In this document: piece by piece, positions 13,172 to 24,679 of the stretch
Layout: each line of letters begins with the position of its first letter
Numbering within the stretch: the first letter of the stretch is position 1
Assembly: GCA_030390025.1 (NCBI GenBank)
Contig: JASTWF010000342.1
Span: 124,001-188,000 of the forward strand
DNA from: Squalus acanthias
Lineage: Eukaryota
Direction: 5' to 3'
Length of the DNA stretch: 64,000 nt
The notes under the pieces: generated by a model
Told to the model about the DNA's origin: nothing
Seen by the model: the letters and a program-made list of their open reading frames with translations, nothing else
Database searches by the model: none
Position numbers and translations under genes: made by a program

Positions 13172-14413
13172 GAGTCATAACGGCACAGAAGCTGGCCATT
13201 CGGCCCATTGAGTCCATGCTGGCTCTCTGTAGAGCAATCCAGTCAGTCCCATTGCCCCGCTCTATCCCCGTAGCCCTGCAAGTTTATTTTCCTCAAGTGC
13301 CTATCCAGTCTCCCCTTGAAAACATTGAGTGTGTCCGCTTCCACCACTTCCGTCGACAGCGAATTCCAGGTCATCACCACTCGCTGCATAAAAATGTTTT
13401 TCCTCACATCCCCCCTGTATCTCTTGCCCAAAACCTTAAATCTATGTCCCCTAGTCCTTGTACCATCAATTAGTGGGAAAAGCCTTTCCCCGTCTAACAT
13501 AACCAAACCCGTCATAATCTTGTACACCTCTATCAAATCACCCCTCAACCTCCTTTGGTCTAATGAAAACAAATCCAGCTTCTCCAACCTATCCTTGTAG
13601 CCAAGATCCCCATCCCCAGAACCATTCTGGAAATCTCCTCCGCACCCTCTCAAGGGCCTTCATATCCTTCCTAAAGTGTGGTGACCAGAACTGGATGCAA
13701 TACTCCAGTTGTGGCCTAACCAGCGCTTTATGAAGGTTCAGCATAACTTCTCTACTTTTGTACTCAATGCCTCTATTTATGAAGCCCAAGATCCCATATG
13801 CTTTGTTAACCAGTCTCTCAATATGTCCTGCCACCTTCAGGGACCTATACACATTAACTCCCAGGTCCCTCTGTCCCTGCACACTCTTTAAAACTGTGCC
13901 ATTAAGTGTATATTGCCTCACCCTGTTCCTTCTGCCAAGATGCATCACCTCACACTTCTCTGTATTAAATTCCACCTGCACTTTTCTGCCCATTGTGCTA
14001 GCCTTTCTATGTCCTGTTGCAGTCGATTGATATCATCCTCACTGTTTGCCACACCCCAAGTTTGGTGTCATCGGCATTTTTAGAAATTCTACTCTGTATT
14101 CCAATATCCAGGTCATTTATATATGTCAAAAAAAGCAGTGGCCCCAGCACTGACCCTTGGGGAACACAACTGTCTACCATCCTCCAGTCTGAAAAACAGC
14201 CATTTACCACAACTCGCTGTTTTCTGTCCTTAAGCCGATTCCTTATCCAAGCTGCCACTGACCCACCTATTCCATGAGCCTCAATTTTGTTAACCAGCCT
14301 TCTATGTGGCACTTTGTCAAACACCTTCTGAAAATCTATGTAGACAACATCCATTGCATTCCCTTCATCAATCCTTTCTGTTACTTCATCAAAAAATTCA
14401 ATTAGTCAAACAC
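13172..14413 (-). mobile_element. CR1 LINE, 5'-truncated (tail begins at 12376)
   Basis: ORFs 14007-14354, 13589-13993 and 13243-13653: [28 protein letters not shown]. Confidence 0.95.
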
Positions 14414-14525
14414 GTTAATATATTGTTCAAAAAGAAAATACTGCAGATGCTGGAAATCTTAAATAAAAACAGAAAATGCTGGAGATACTCAGCAGGTCAG
14501 GCAGCATCTGTGAAGAGAGAAACAG

Positions 14526-14562
14526 AGTTAACGTTTCAGGTCGATGACCTTTCGTCAGAACT
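14526..14562 (-). ncRNA. Minimal type I hammerhead ribozyme in the 3' region of P1
   Basis: Minus strand AGTT-CTGACGA-A-AGGTC-ATC-GACCT-GAAACGTT-AACT: conserved core, 5-bp stem II, palindromic ACGT stem III, AGTT/AACT stem I. Confidence 0.8.
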
Positions 14563-15321
14563 GAAAAAAAGCAGGAAATGTAACAGATTTTAAAGCAAGT
14601 TTAGGGGCTGGGAAATGGGGGAGGGGATGAAAGAACAAAAGGGAAGTTCAGTGATAGGATGGAAGGCAGGAGAAGTAAAGAGGCATTAAGAGATATTCAA
14701 GGCAAAAGGAGATGGTAATGGGACAGGTTAAGAAACAAAGGATGGCTCTAGATGAAGTGTGAATTGCGCTGGCAGAATGAAAGACAGCTGCCAAGTGGGA
14801 GAGAAGAACAAAAGGCACAAACAAAAAGTGTGGATAAAAAATATATATATGTGATAGGGGCCGAGGTTATGATCTGAAATTGTTGAACTCTATTTTGAGT
14901 CCAGAGGGTTGTAAAGTGCCTAATCGAAAGATGAGGTGCTGTTCCTCGAGCTTACGCTGAGCTTCAGTGGAACAATGCAAGAGGCCGAGGACGGTGAGGT
15001 CTGAGTGGGAATGAAGCGGAGAATTAAAGTGACAGGTGACCGGAAGCTCGGGGTCCCCCTTACGGACTGAATGGAGGTGTTCCGCAAAGCGGTCACCCAA
15101 TTTGCGTTTGGTCTCCCCAATGTAGAGGAGACGAAATCGTGAGCAGCGAATACAGTATACTAAATTGCAAGAAGTACAAGTAAATCGCTGTTTCACCTGG
15201 AAGGGTTGTTTGGGGCCCTGGAGGTATAAGGGCATGTGTTGCATCTCCGGCGCTTGCACGGGAAGGTGCCGGGCAAAGGGGAAGGGGTGCTGGGGGTGAT
15301 AGAGGAGTGGACTAGGGTGTC

Positions 15322-15748
15322 ATAGAAACATAGAATCTAGGAGCAGGAGTAGGCCATTCGGCCCGTCGAGCCTGCTCCGCCATTCAATACGATCATGGCT
15401 GATCATCCAAATCCAGTACCCTGTCCCTGCTTTAATCCCCACAGTACACATATCCCACCCTACCCCCGTAACCCCACGTATTTAATTCCCCCTAACATAT
15501 CCCATCCTATCCCCATAACCCCACATATTTAATCTCCCCTAACACTAAGAGTCAATTTATCATAGCCAAATCAACCTAACCCACACATTTTTGGACTGTG
15601 GGAGGAAACCGGAGCACCCGGAGGAAACCCACGCAGACACGGGGAGAATGTGCAAACTCCACACAGACAGTCACCCGAGGTCAGATTCGAACCCGGGTCT
15701 CTGGCGCTGTGAGGCACCAGTGCTAACCACTATGCCACCGTGTTGCCC
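15322..15748 (-). mobile_element. tRNA-derived V-SINE (HE1-like) with CR1 3' tail
   Basis: A/B boxes (GGCATAGTGG; GGTTCGAATC); V-domain TTCTCCCCGTGTCTGCGTGGGTTTCCTCCGGGTGCTCCGGTTTCCTCCCAC; CR1-type tail; TSD GTGTC. Confidence 0.9.
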
Positions 15749-17359
15749 GTGTCGCGGAGGGAGTGGTCCCTACAGAATGCTGAAAGGGGAGGTGAGGCGA
15801 AGATGCATTTGGTGGTGGGATCACGCTGGAGGTGGCGGAAATGGTGGAGGATGATCCGTTGAATGTGAAGGCTGGTGGGGTGAAAGGTGAGGACAAGGGG
15901 AAGTCTATCGTGGTTCCAGGAGGGAGGGGCAGGGGTGAGGGCAGAAGTGCGGGAGATAGAACGGACACGGTCGAGGGCCATGTCAACCACTGTAGAGGGG
16001 AATCCTCGGTTGAGGAAAAAGGAAGACATGTCGGAAGCACTGGTATGGAAGGTGGCATCGTCAGAACAGATGCGGCAGAGATGGAGAAACTGGGAGAATA
16101 GAATAGAGTCCTTACAGGAGGCGGGGTGGAAGTGTAGTCCAGGTAGCTGTGGGAGTCAGTGGGCTTGTAGTGAATGTTTGTCAATAATCTATCCCCAGAG
16201 ATGGAAACAGAGAAGTCGAGGAAGGGAAGGGAAGAGTCGGAGATGGACCATGTGAAGGTGAGGGAAGGGTGGAAATTGGAAGCAAAGTGAATGAAATTAT
16301 CTAGTTCAGGGCGTGAGCAGGAATTGGCACCGGTACAGTCATCAATGTACTGGAAAAAGAGGTGAGGGAGGTGACCCGAGTAGGACTGGAACAAAGAGTG
16401 TTCCACATATCCCATGAAAAGGCTAGCATAGCTAGGACCCATGCGGGTACCCATAGCAACACCTTTGAGTTGGAGGAAATGAGTGGAGTCAAAGGAGAAG
16501 TTGTTCAATGTGAGAACAAGTTCAGCCAGGCAGAGGAGGGTGGTGGTGGATGGGGACTGGTTGGGCCTCTGTTCAAGGAAGAAGCGGAGCGCCCTCAGGC
16601 CATCCTGGTGGGGGATGGAGGTGTAGAGGGATTGTACGTCCATAGTGAAAAGGAGGCAGTTGGGGCCAGGAAACTGGAAACTGTTAAAGTGGTGGAGGGC
16701 GTCGGAAGAGTTGCGGATGTAGTTGGGAAGAGACTGGATAATGGGAGAAAAAATAGAGTCGAGATAGGAAGAGATAAGTTCCTGTGGGGTAAGAACAGGC
16801 TGAAACGATGGGTCTACCAGGGAAGTCCTGTTTGTGATCTTGAGAAGGAGGTAGAAGCGGGCTGTACAGGGTTGGGGAACTATGAGATTGGCGGCAGTGA
16901 AGGGAAGATCTCCAGAGGAGATGAGGTCAGTGACAGTCTTGGAAATGGTGGCTTGATGTTCGGTAGTGGGGTCATGGTCCAGGCGGAGGTAGGAGGACGT
17001 GTCGGAGAGTTGGCGTTCAGCTTCCACTAGGTAGAGGTCAGTTCGCTAAACAACAACAGCACCACCCTTGTCAGCAGCTTTAATGACAATGTCGGGGTTG
17101 GATCTGAGAGAATGGAGTGCTACAAGTTCAGAGGGACTTATTGTTCAATCTGTTTACGCTTATCTCGATGTGGTAAGAACGAGTTTTGTTAGTTAATGAA
17201 TTGTTGTGTTTGTTTGTTATTGGTTGCGCTGAATAAATAAGACACAGTTTGTCAGATAAATAAAAATTTTAATTGGAACTTTACAACTTTGCTCATTTGA
17301 CTCATTGGAGCTATGCCCAGCAATAGGGGCTACGGGATGCTTGCGATGATGTGATTGTT

Positions 17360-19566
17360 CATCCCAGAAGCCATCTTGGTGTCTTATCAGGCATTCACGG
17401 GCGGCCCTTGCAGAGGCAACATTGAGCGCCTTCCTCCCACGTTGGTGCTGCTCATCCTCCTCTTCATTCTCCTCCTCGGCCTCCTCCTCCTCCTCCTCTC
17501 CCTCTTCATCCTCCTGAGATGGTCCACCAATCCCTGGTGGCAATGGCTATGTCCTCATAATTGCGAGGTTGTGAAGCATGCAGCACGCAACAATGAAAAG
17601 CGAAACTCGCTTGGGAGAATACTGCAGGGCTCCTCCAGGGTGGTCAAGACACCGGAACCGTTGTTTCAGCATGCTGATCGTCGGTTCAATGAGGTTCCTG
17701 GTTGCGCTGTGGCTCTCATTGAATGCGAGCTCAGTAGGAGTGTTGGCGTTACGGTGCGGTGTCATCAGCCAGGTGCAGAGTGGATAACCCTTGTCCCTGA
17801 GGAGCCAGCCACGAGGTTGACGCGGTGGTTGGAACAGGTCTGGCACACCAGTCTGGCGCAGGATGAAAGCATCGTGGCTGCTGCCAGGATAGCGGGCATT
17901 GATGGCGAGGATGCACTGTCTGTGGTCGCACACCAACTGCACGTTCAGAGAGTGGAAGCATTTGCGATTGCGGAACACCTCTGCATTTTCATGCGGTGCC
18001 CACAATGCCACATGCATGCAGTTAATGGTGCCCTGAACCATGGGGAAGCCCGCTATCCTAGTGAAGACACATGCACGTTCACGCTGTTTGTCCCAGGTCA
18101 TGGGGAATGAGATGTACTCCCTTCTCTTTTGTAGAGAGCATTTGTGACCTCCCGGATGCTGCAATGGACAGCGAACTGGGAGATATTTGCTTTGTCCCCA
18201 GTTGAAGCCTGGAAGGAGCCGCTGGCATAGAAATTCAGAGCCACCGTCAACTACACTGCCATCAACAGAGATGTCCTGGTCCTGAGCTGAGGCTTCAGAT
18301 CTGGTTGCAGGAGGTGGCAGAGCTCAGTAACCACCTCCTTGCTGAAGTGGAGCCTTCTAAAACACTGCTCCTCAGACAAATGAAAGCAGGAGAATTGCTC
18401 CCGGAATATCCTGGGAGGGTAAGGTCTCCTGTGCAGAGGCCTGTTGGCCCTCCTCCCTCTAGCCACGTTTGCCACTCTCTCTCTGCGCCTCTGCTGCCTC
18501 CTGTAACCAGTTTCTGCGGTGGCCAAATTCCTATAGGCCCTTCCGCAATCGCCAATTATTGTAAGTGGTTTCACCCCGCCCATAGCGAGCACACAAACCC
18601 CATTACTACAAGTTCTGGACGATAGGGATTACTGAGGACAGATTGGAACACGGACAGCGTTTTCGGGCTCACCCGTACAGTGTTTATTAAGGTTGACAAA
18701 ACCACTCCACTCGCATACAGTACGAGCAGTGTGAACACAACAGTACAGTTTAAAACAGTACAACCCTGACTTGTCAAACAAGCCCCTGCCGTGCTGACAT
18801 ACCACGTCCTAAAACACCCTCCCGTGAACTAAACTATCACAGGACCCTTCCAACGCTAAACCCCCTCTGGTTTGGTAGGAACATACAGGTACCCTCTCAC
18901 ACAGCTAAGTGATCTTATGGGTGTGCAGGCTTGGCAATGCTCACCTAGATTGCCCTTGATCTTACTTGCAGCTTCCTCCCGTATGTCTCGGCTACCTGGT
19001 TCCGTACCGGCCTTGCGGCATGCGAGTCCCAGTCTGAGTCGAAGTCCGTCTCAGTTGGAAGAGCAAGGCTCAGCTCCTCTTGACGTTCCGTGTGGGGAGG
19101 GCAGGAGAGAGAGAGAGAGCTATCCAAAACGGCTCTCTGATATACCCCCCCCCCCCAATAGACAGAGCGCTGTCCGTGGTTTTAATGGACACATGGCCTC
19201 AGGGAAATGGTTTCCAGGCCTCCTCCCAGGTTTGGATGGTTTAGATCTTGTTTCGATCTCCCAGCCGATTTAACTTAACGAGCTCATCTTCTTCAGAAAC
19301 AATGAGTCGCCAGCCTCATTATTCATGACTTGGGAGTGGGCCTCTCGGGCCAATGTTCCCAAGGACAGTCCGTTGCCATACGAATGCAACCTGGTTACGT
19401 CAGCCACCTTCAGCTTGAGTGTTTTTCCACAGCTTCCCCCCAAACAGCCTGTCCAGTTTTTAATAAGGGTATATGTTCATAATCTAAAAATCCAAGGTGT
19501 CTGCACCGACTGCTACACTCCGAAGGTGAAGCTGGAGGACAATGCCCTGAGTTAGTTCAGCCCCAT
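17360..19566 (-). pseudogene. Harbinger (HARBI1-type) DDE transposase of H1, split by a solo LTR
   Basis: GFPMVQGTINCMHV, NRKCFHSLNVQLVCD, ARYPGSSHDAFI, DKGYP, LKQRFRCL, ACCMLHN; ATG at 19566; acidic C-terminus; several stops/frameshifts. Confidence 0.92.
18502..19517 (-). mobile_element. Solo LTR (family B), 1016 bp
   Basis: TGTAAC...GCTACA termini; TSD CTCC (18498-18501 / 19518-19521); removal rejoins the transposase N-terminus (..LQLHLR|RRQQRR..); AATAAA on minus at 18683-18688. Confidence 0.88.
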
Positions 19567-20521
19567 TTAATTTTGTAAATGTGGTAAATATGAAGCTCAG
19601 AGAAATAGGAACCTGAAAAGTGTTGCTCAGGAACAAAACTCCTTGTAAGACAGTGTTAAATGTCTCCAGGCGTCTCTCTCCCTCTCTCAACCTGCGTATG
19701 CCAAATATTTTGCCGACAGGAAAAAGCAGGAAGCGCACGCCTTTAAATAGTGCTCCCCCAGCTCACAGCCGACTGCAAAACATCCCCCTCTACCTGTCAT
19801 TCCTAGTGGCATGGGGCGAGAATCAATTTCCGGTCCAGGGCGTTGCACGCTTGGATGACGTCACAATCTCTGGGCGCAGGAGATCATGGTAGTAGTGTTT
19901 AGCGCCACCACAAAGCGGCAGTTCAATTTCACGAGCGGCGCTAAAATCGCCGCGCTCGGGCGGTAATTCGTTAGCACCCCGTTAGCATTCCCGGAGGCGT
20001 TAACAGGAGGCGCTAACCAACCCAATTTTTCCCCCAAGGGGTCCTGTGTGCTCTTCCTCCTATCTATGAGCCCATTCTGTAAACTCAAGGAGTATATACG
20101 GAAAATGCTGGAAGTATATGCTAGTTCAGTCAGTATCTATATAGAGAAAAGACGGAGGAACCCTTTATGAGCAATCAAGACTTAGTCCAGGATTTCAAAA
20201 ATTGTAGAACTCTTATCTCCCTTTATTTTCTGATCCTCCTATAATCTTCAACATTTTAAATCCAAGTTTGTTGTCACCTAATCACTAGTTTATGTGTTAT
20301 CTAATCTATTTTACTTGGCGGTGTACTGCACAATGTGTCATAGCCCCTGACTTTTGTTTATCTTAATTGTATAAAAAAATCTTAAATTTCTTTACAGAAT
20401 TTTTGTTTGCACAGTCAAACAAATATTGTTCCCAACAATGGCAACTTCAAAATAAATCATAAATATTTCATAGTTAGAATCATTACATGCAATTCTTTCC
20501 AAATTTTCTATGCAACATATT

Positions 20522-21264
20522 GGGCCAAAAATTGATGCCGCTACGCGAGAGTACGCACTGTGTACTCTCGTGTATTCTCTCTCCAATTGCCGGTTTTCTG
20601 CATGCACTGCGCATGCGCTGAAAACCGGCACTTTGTTTTTGGAAAAGGGGGCGGTTCCTCGGTGCACCGCGTGCGCGCTACAGGCTGCGCGCACGCTGTG
20701 CACTTAGTGCTTTGGACGCGCAGGTAAGGACGGAAGATTTTAGAAATGAAAAAAGGAGGAGTAAGACCCACTTTTAACAAGGTAAGTAGTGAATTAAGTA
20801 TTATTTTGAATTTTTTTTAACAGGTATATCTTTTTTAGAGACTTTAAAGACAGGGAAGTTTATTTTTATAACTTTTTAAAAGATTTTAAATTTTTTCAAA
20901 AATTTAATTTTTTATTTAAAATGGTTAATTTATTTAACTATACTTATTTTATTAATGTGATGGGTTTTTTTAAAATTTAATTGAGGTTTAGCTGTTATTT
21001 TGGGGGTGTGTAAGATTCATAGCTTTCACAGCACGTATGTGAAACTTATGAATGGAAGATGGTGTGCTGCCATTGGCTCTAACTGAGTCACGTGATCCCA
21101 CAGCTCGCACGAATTCACTACGCCGGTGGGATACGCAAGCACTGCCCAGCTGATGTCTAGAACATCAAGTTCGTGCGAGCTGGATCTGAAAAAGCCAACG
21201 CGGAGTGAGAGATCACGCCTGCTCCTTACCCCCGCGGGAACAGAGCGAGATCAATTTCTGGGCC
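20522..21264. mobile_element. Harbinger-type MITE with internal hairpins, 743 bp
   Basis: TIR GGGCCAAAAATTGAT / ATCAATTTCTGGGCC; TSD ATT. Confidence 0.8.
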
Positions 21265-21281
21265 ATTATTTCAGAAACTCT

Positions 21282-23085
21282 GGGCTGAATTTTGCCAGCA
21301 CTCAGAGTGTGGGTTTGGAGGCGGGCCTGCTGTCAAAATAGCAAAGATTGACAGCGGGTCGGAAACCTGCTGCCAAGCCGCCTCCACACGAGTCTCCCAG
21401 GTGTCGGGTCTGTCTGCGCAGAACAGGCCCAACACCAAGCGGCAGGGAGACAATTTAGATCATTAAATGGCTTGTTAACAGCCAATTCAATGCTATTCTG
21501 AACCTACATTGCAATTTTACATGCTCCCCCATGGGTTACCCGCTGCTCGGGGAACACACCAGCTCACCCTGGTGTGAGTTGAGTCTGCTTTGATTTATCT
21601 GATAACCTGACAGCTGCAGAAGTGGTATAAAGGATACCATGTTGCAGCTGTTCAGTTTCAGAGCTCAGAAACTGTTGGTTACTGAATTTGTAAGACAGAT
21701 AGAGCTTTCTGTAGCTTGCAAGTGTTCAGAGCCAACTCTCTATCCAGTGGCACCTCACTGGAACAAGCTCTCTCACCATTGACAGATCACTTCTGTCATC
21801 TCACCTGCAGCTGCCATCTATTCCAGCAACATCGGTGCCCTTGAAAAAATCACACCTTGGTCCTCTGAATCCTTCCACGATCAGCCCCAACACCAACATC
21901 ACCACGCACACCAACATTACCAGGCACACCAACATCACCAACAACATCACCAACCTTTTCCACCATCACCTGATGCTGCACAGGACGCAGGGCATCAGCA
22001 CCTGACAACATTGGTGCCTGGGAGGCCAGCGATGGCATCACCATGGCCAGATTTACTTCACTTGATGCTATATACCCTGGCTGCCACATGATGCGCCAGG
22101 TTGGCACCACCCCACAACAACACCATAAAGCATCTCTATAATGTCCAAGCCATTCCTTTCACACTCATCACAATGGCCGGGGGGGGGGGGGGGCAGGGGG
22201 CGGGGGGGGGGACGGGGGGGGGACGTTATGTCTCAATATTCACTGCAACTCACTCAGACACTTCTCAAGGTGCGCACAGATCTGTCCAATAAGGTGAAGT
22301 GTTGAAAATATAGATTTCAATATTTGACAACACATTAACAGAAACTTCACATGAATATTGGCTAAAACACCCAAGTGCCTACCCCTGTGTGTTGTTAGTT
22401 GCTATGCTTGCAGTAGGATGAGGGTGAGTGTGAGGGGTGGCTCGTGAGATGGGGATGTGATAATGTAGATAGAGAGGGATGGTTGGAGGTGCAAGGTATG
22501 TTGGTATGAGTAAGGATGTGCAGGAGTAGGGTAGGGAAGGCAGAGTGATGGGGATGTGATGAATGACACAGCAGGATGAGGTTGAGTGTGGCTTGCAGTA
22601 AGGTTTCATGGTCTACTGAGATCATTGAAAGGTTGGCGCAACTGCAGCCAGGGACTCCTGACCACATCCCTGCTTGTGTCCTCCTGTGCAATGTGCAACC
22701 AGGCTGCGTTGATCTCCTGGGGAGGTCTCTTCCACCCATTGGAAGGGAAGAGCACCTCCCTGCCTGCTGTGACTATATGGAGGGAGTCATGGGAGAGCCT
22801 GGGTGCAACCGTGCACCTTTGTGCAGTGCTTGTCAGTGTTGCAGCACCTCAATGCTGTAGAACACTGAAAGCACAAATGCCAAAATCAATGTGGCCGTGG
22901 TCCCTTTAAGGAAACCGGCTGATGACGCATCATCAAATGATGTCATCAGATCCGCTTCCTGTTAATTGCCAGGAACCAATCTACAGAAAATCATTTTTAG
23001 AGAGCGGCTGCAGACGGTAGCGGGACCGGAACCAGCCAACCAGCTTTCCCGCCGCCATCCCGCCTCCGCAGGGGAAATCATGTCC
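21282..23085 (-). mobile_element. Non-autonomous Harbinger derivative (NA-1)
   Basis: Collinear with 34536-36331; Myb-exon remnant ~22610-22830. Confidence 0.8.
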
Positions 23086-23367
23086 AGATGGAGATTCTCC
23101 ATCACATTCTCAATTGCAAGAGTACATGAAACTCCTTTTATCATTCCCAATTGGTACCACTAAGTAGGGAGTAATTTTAATCTAACCGGCCCAGCAGAAT
23201 CAGATGGGATTGGATCAATTGCCCGTTTTACACCCTGTCCAATTTTACTTGCCAATGGAATCTCTGTTACTGTCATTAAGGAGTTCTCAGGGTTTTCCTT
23301 TGAAGTTAACTGCAATTAGAGGTCACCAACTAGCTGAGGGAGTGAATCGCTAAAGCAAACAGTTAAG

Positions 23368-23835
23368 TAACAACAACAACAACTTGCATTTATATAGTGC
23401 CTTTAACGTAGCAAAATGTCCCAAGGCACCTCACAAAAGCATTATCAATCAAAATTTGACACCGACCCACAGAGGGAGATATTAGGACAGACGACGAAAA
23501 AGCTTGGTCAAAGAAGTCGGGTTTTAAGGAGCGTCTTAAAGGAGGAAAGAGAGATAGAGAGGCGGAGAGGTTTAGAGAGGGAATACCAGAGCTTAGGGCC
23601 TAGGCAACAGAAGGCACGGCCACCAATGGTGGAGCGATTAAAATCGGGGAAGCACAGAGTGCCAGAATTGGAGGAGCGCAGACATCTCAAAAGCTTATGG
23701 GGCTGGAGGAGGTTACAGAGCTAGGGAGGGGCGAGAGCATGGAGGGATTTCAAAAACAAGGATGAGAATTTTTTTATTGTGGCATTGCTGGACCGGGAGC
23801 CAATGTAGGTCAGTGAACACGGGGGTGATGAGTGA
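23368..23835 (-). mobile_element. L2-type LINE 3' end
   Basis: (AAC)n tail + TTGCATTTATATAG; encodes GGRAFCCLGPKLWYSL..SFKTLLKTRL. Confidence 0.85.
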
Positions 23836-24275
23836 ATCATTAAAGCACACAGTAAAGTAAAGATTCACATTTGACCCCTAGCCCTTTCTGGACTCAGCTG
23901 TAATGCTCCCTCCATGGAAAACTAGCCTGCCGTGGTCACTTTCAATGCTCACACAGGAATAGTGGCTATTTGAGTGAAAAATTGGAGAGGAGAAAATTGG
24001 TAGGGAAAAAAAAGTAAAAGCAATAAGGTGAATTGCAATGTATTGCTATTAACTCTCATGGGAAGATATTGATTAGCGATTTGGTGTACAGTTTTTTGGC
24101 TCTCATTTCAGCTACAGTCACAAAATTAACATTCTCTAGAAATTCATTATAGCCCAGGAATGCGCGGTAAAATTAGAAAGTTGGAGAATTAGCGCCAGGC
24201 GCTAATGCTTTAGACTGCACACAATATTCGTGGTCACTACTCAAAGAAATGATAGGAGTCCAAATTCAAGCCTTT

Positions 24276-24461
24276 GGGCCAGAAATTCATCTCGGGCGGT
24301 GGCACAAAGCAGGTGGTATCGGATCGGCCACCCGTTATATGAAGTGCCAGATATTCAATTCTATTGCAGTCATTGGAACTGAATATCAGGTGCTGCGTCC
24401 AATCGGCGGTCGATCCAATACAGCCCGCTTTGCGCCACCGCACGAGACGAATTTCTAAGCC
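24276..24461. mobile_element. 186-bp near-palindromic Harbinger MITE nested in H2
   Basis: ~55-bp imperfect inverted arms starting GGGCCAGAAATTC; TSD TTT; absent from the homologous end of H3 (~47700). Confidence 0.85.
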
Positions 24462-24679
24462 TTTAAGCCCAAACTCATTGGCGTTACAATCAAAGGGTGG
24501 ACCAATATCAGGTGCAGTCTAATTGCAAGTCAAAATTGCCATACGCTTTTTCCAGTTCTTAAAGGGGAGGTTCATTGATGCTGCAGAACCTCATTCTCAG
24601 CATTGCTGGCTGTGCAGCTGCCTCAGCAAGCAGCAGCAGGTCAAAGAGAAGGAGCCGGAGGACTGAAGCAGCTGTACTC

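Larger units (their letters stand above)
14431..17138 (-). mobile_element. Penelope-like element family P1, 5'-truncated and degenerate (RT + GIY-YIG)
   Basis: RT motifs MDVQSLYTSIP, GVAMGTRMGPSYA, YIDD; GIY-YIG LVYCIRCS..LYIGET; 10-bp TSD TATTGTTCAA (14421-14430 / 17139-17148). Confidence 0.93.
10642..20035. mobile_element. Two-gene Harbinger transposon (H1), expanded by nested insertions
   Basis: TIR GGGGGAGAAATTGGG / CCCAATTTTTCCCCC (14/15 match); flanks AAA/AAG; Myb gene on +, DDE transposase on -; repeated subterminal GGCGCTAA motifs. Confidence 0.85.

Noticed and set aside
16362..17030. 222-aa + strand ORF (and similar antisense ORFs such as 17355-18110 and 25817-26440)
   Set aside because: Shadows of TE coding sequence on the opposite strand.
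20100..20170. Possible Penelope pLTR remnant with hammerhead
   Set aside because: Too degenerate; no catalytic core visible.
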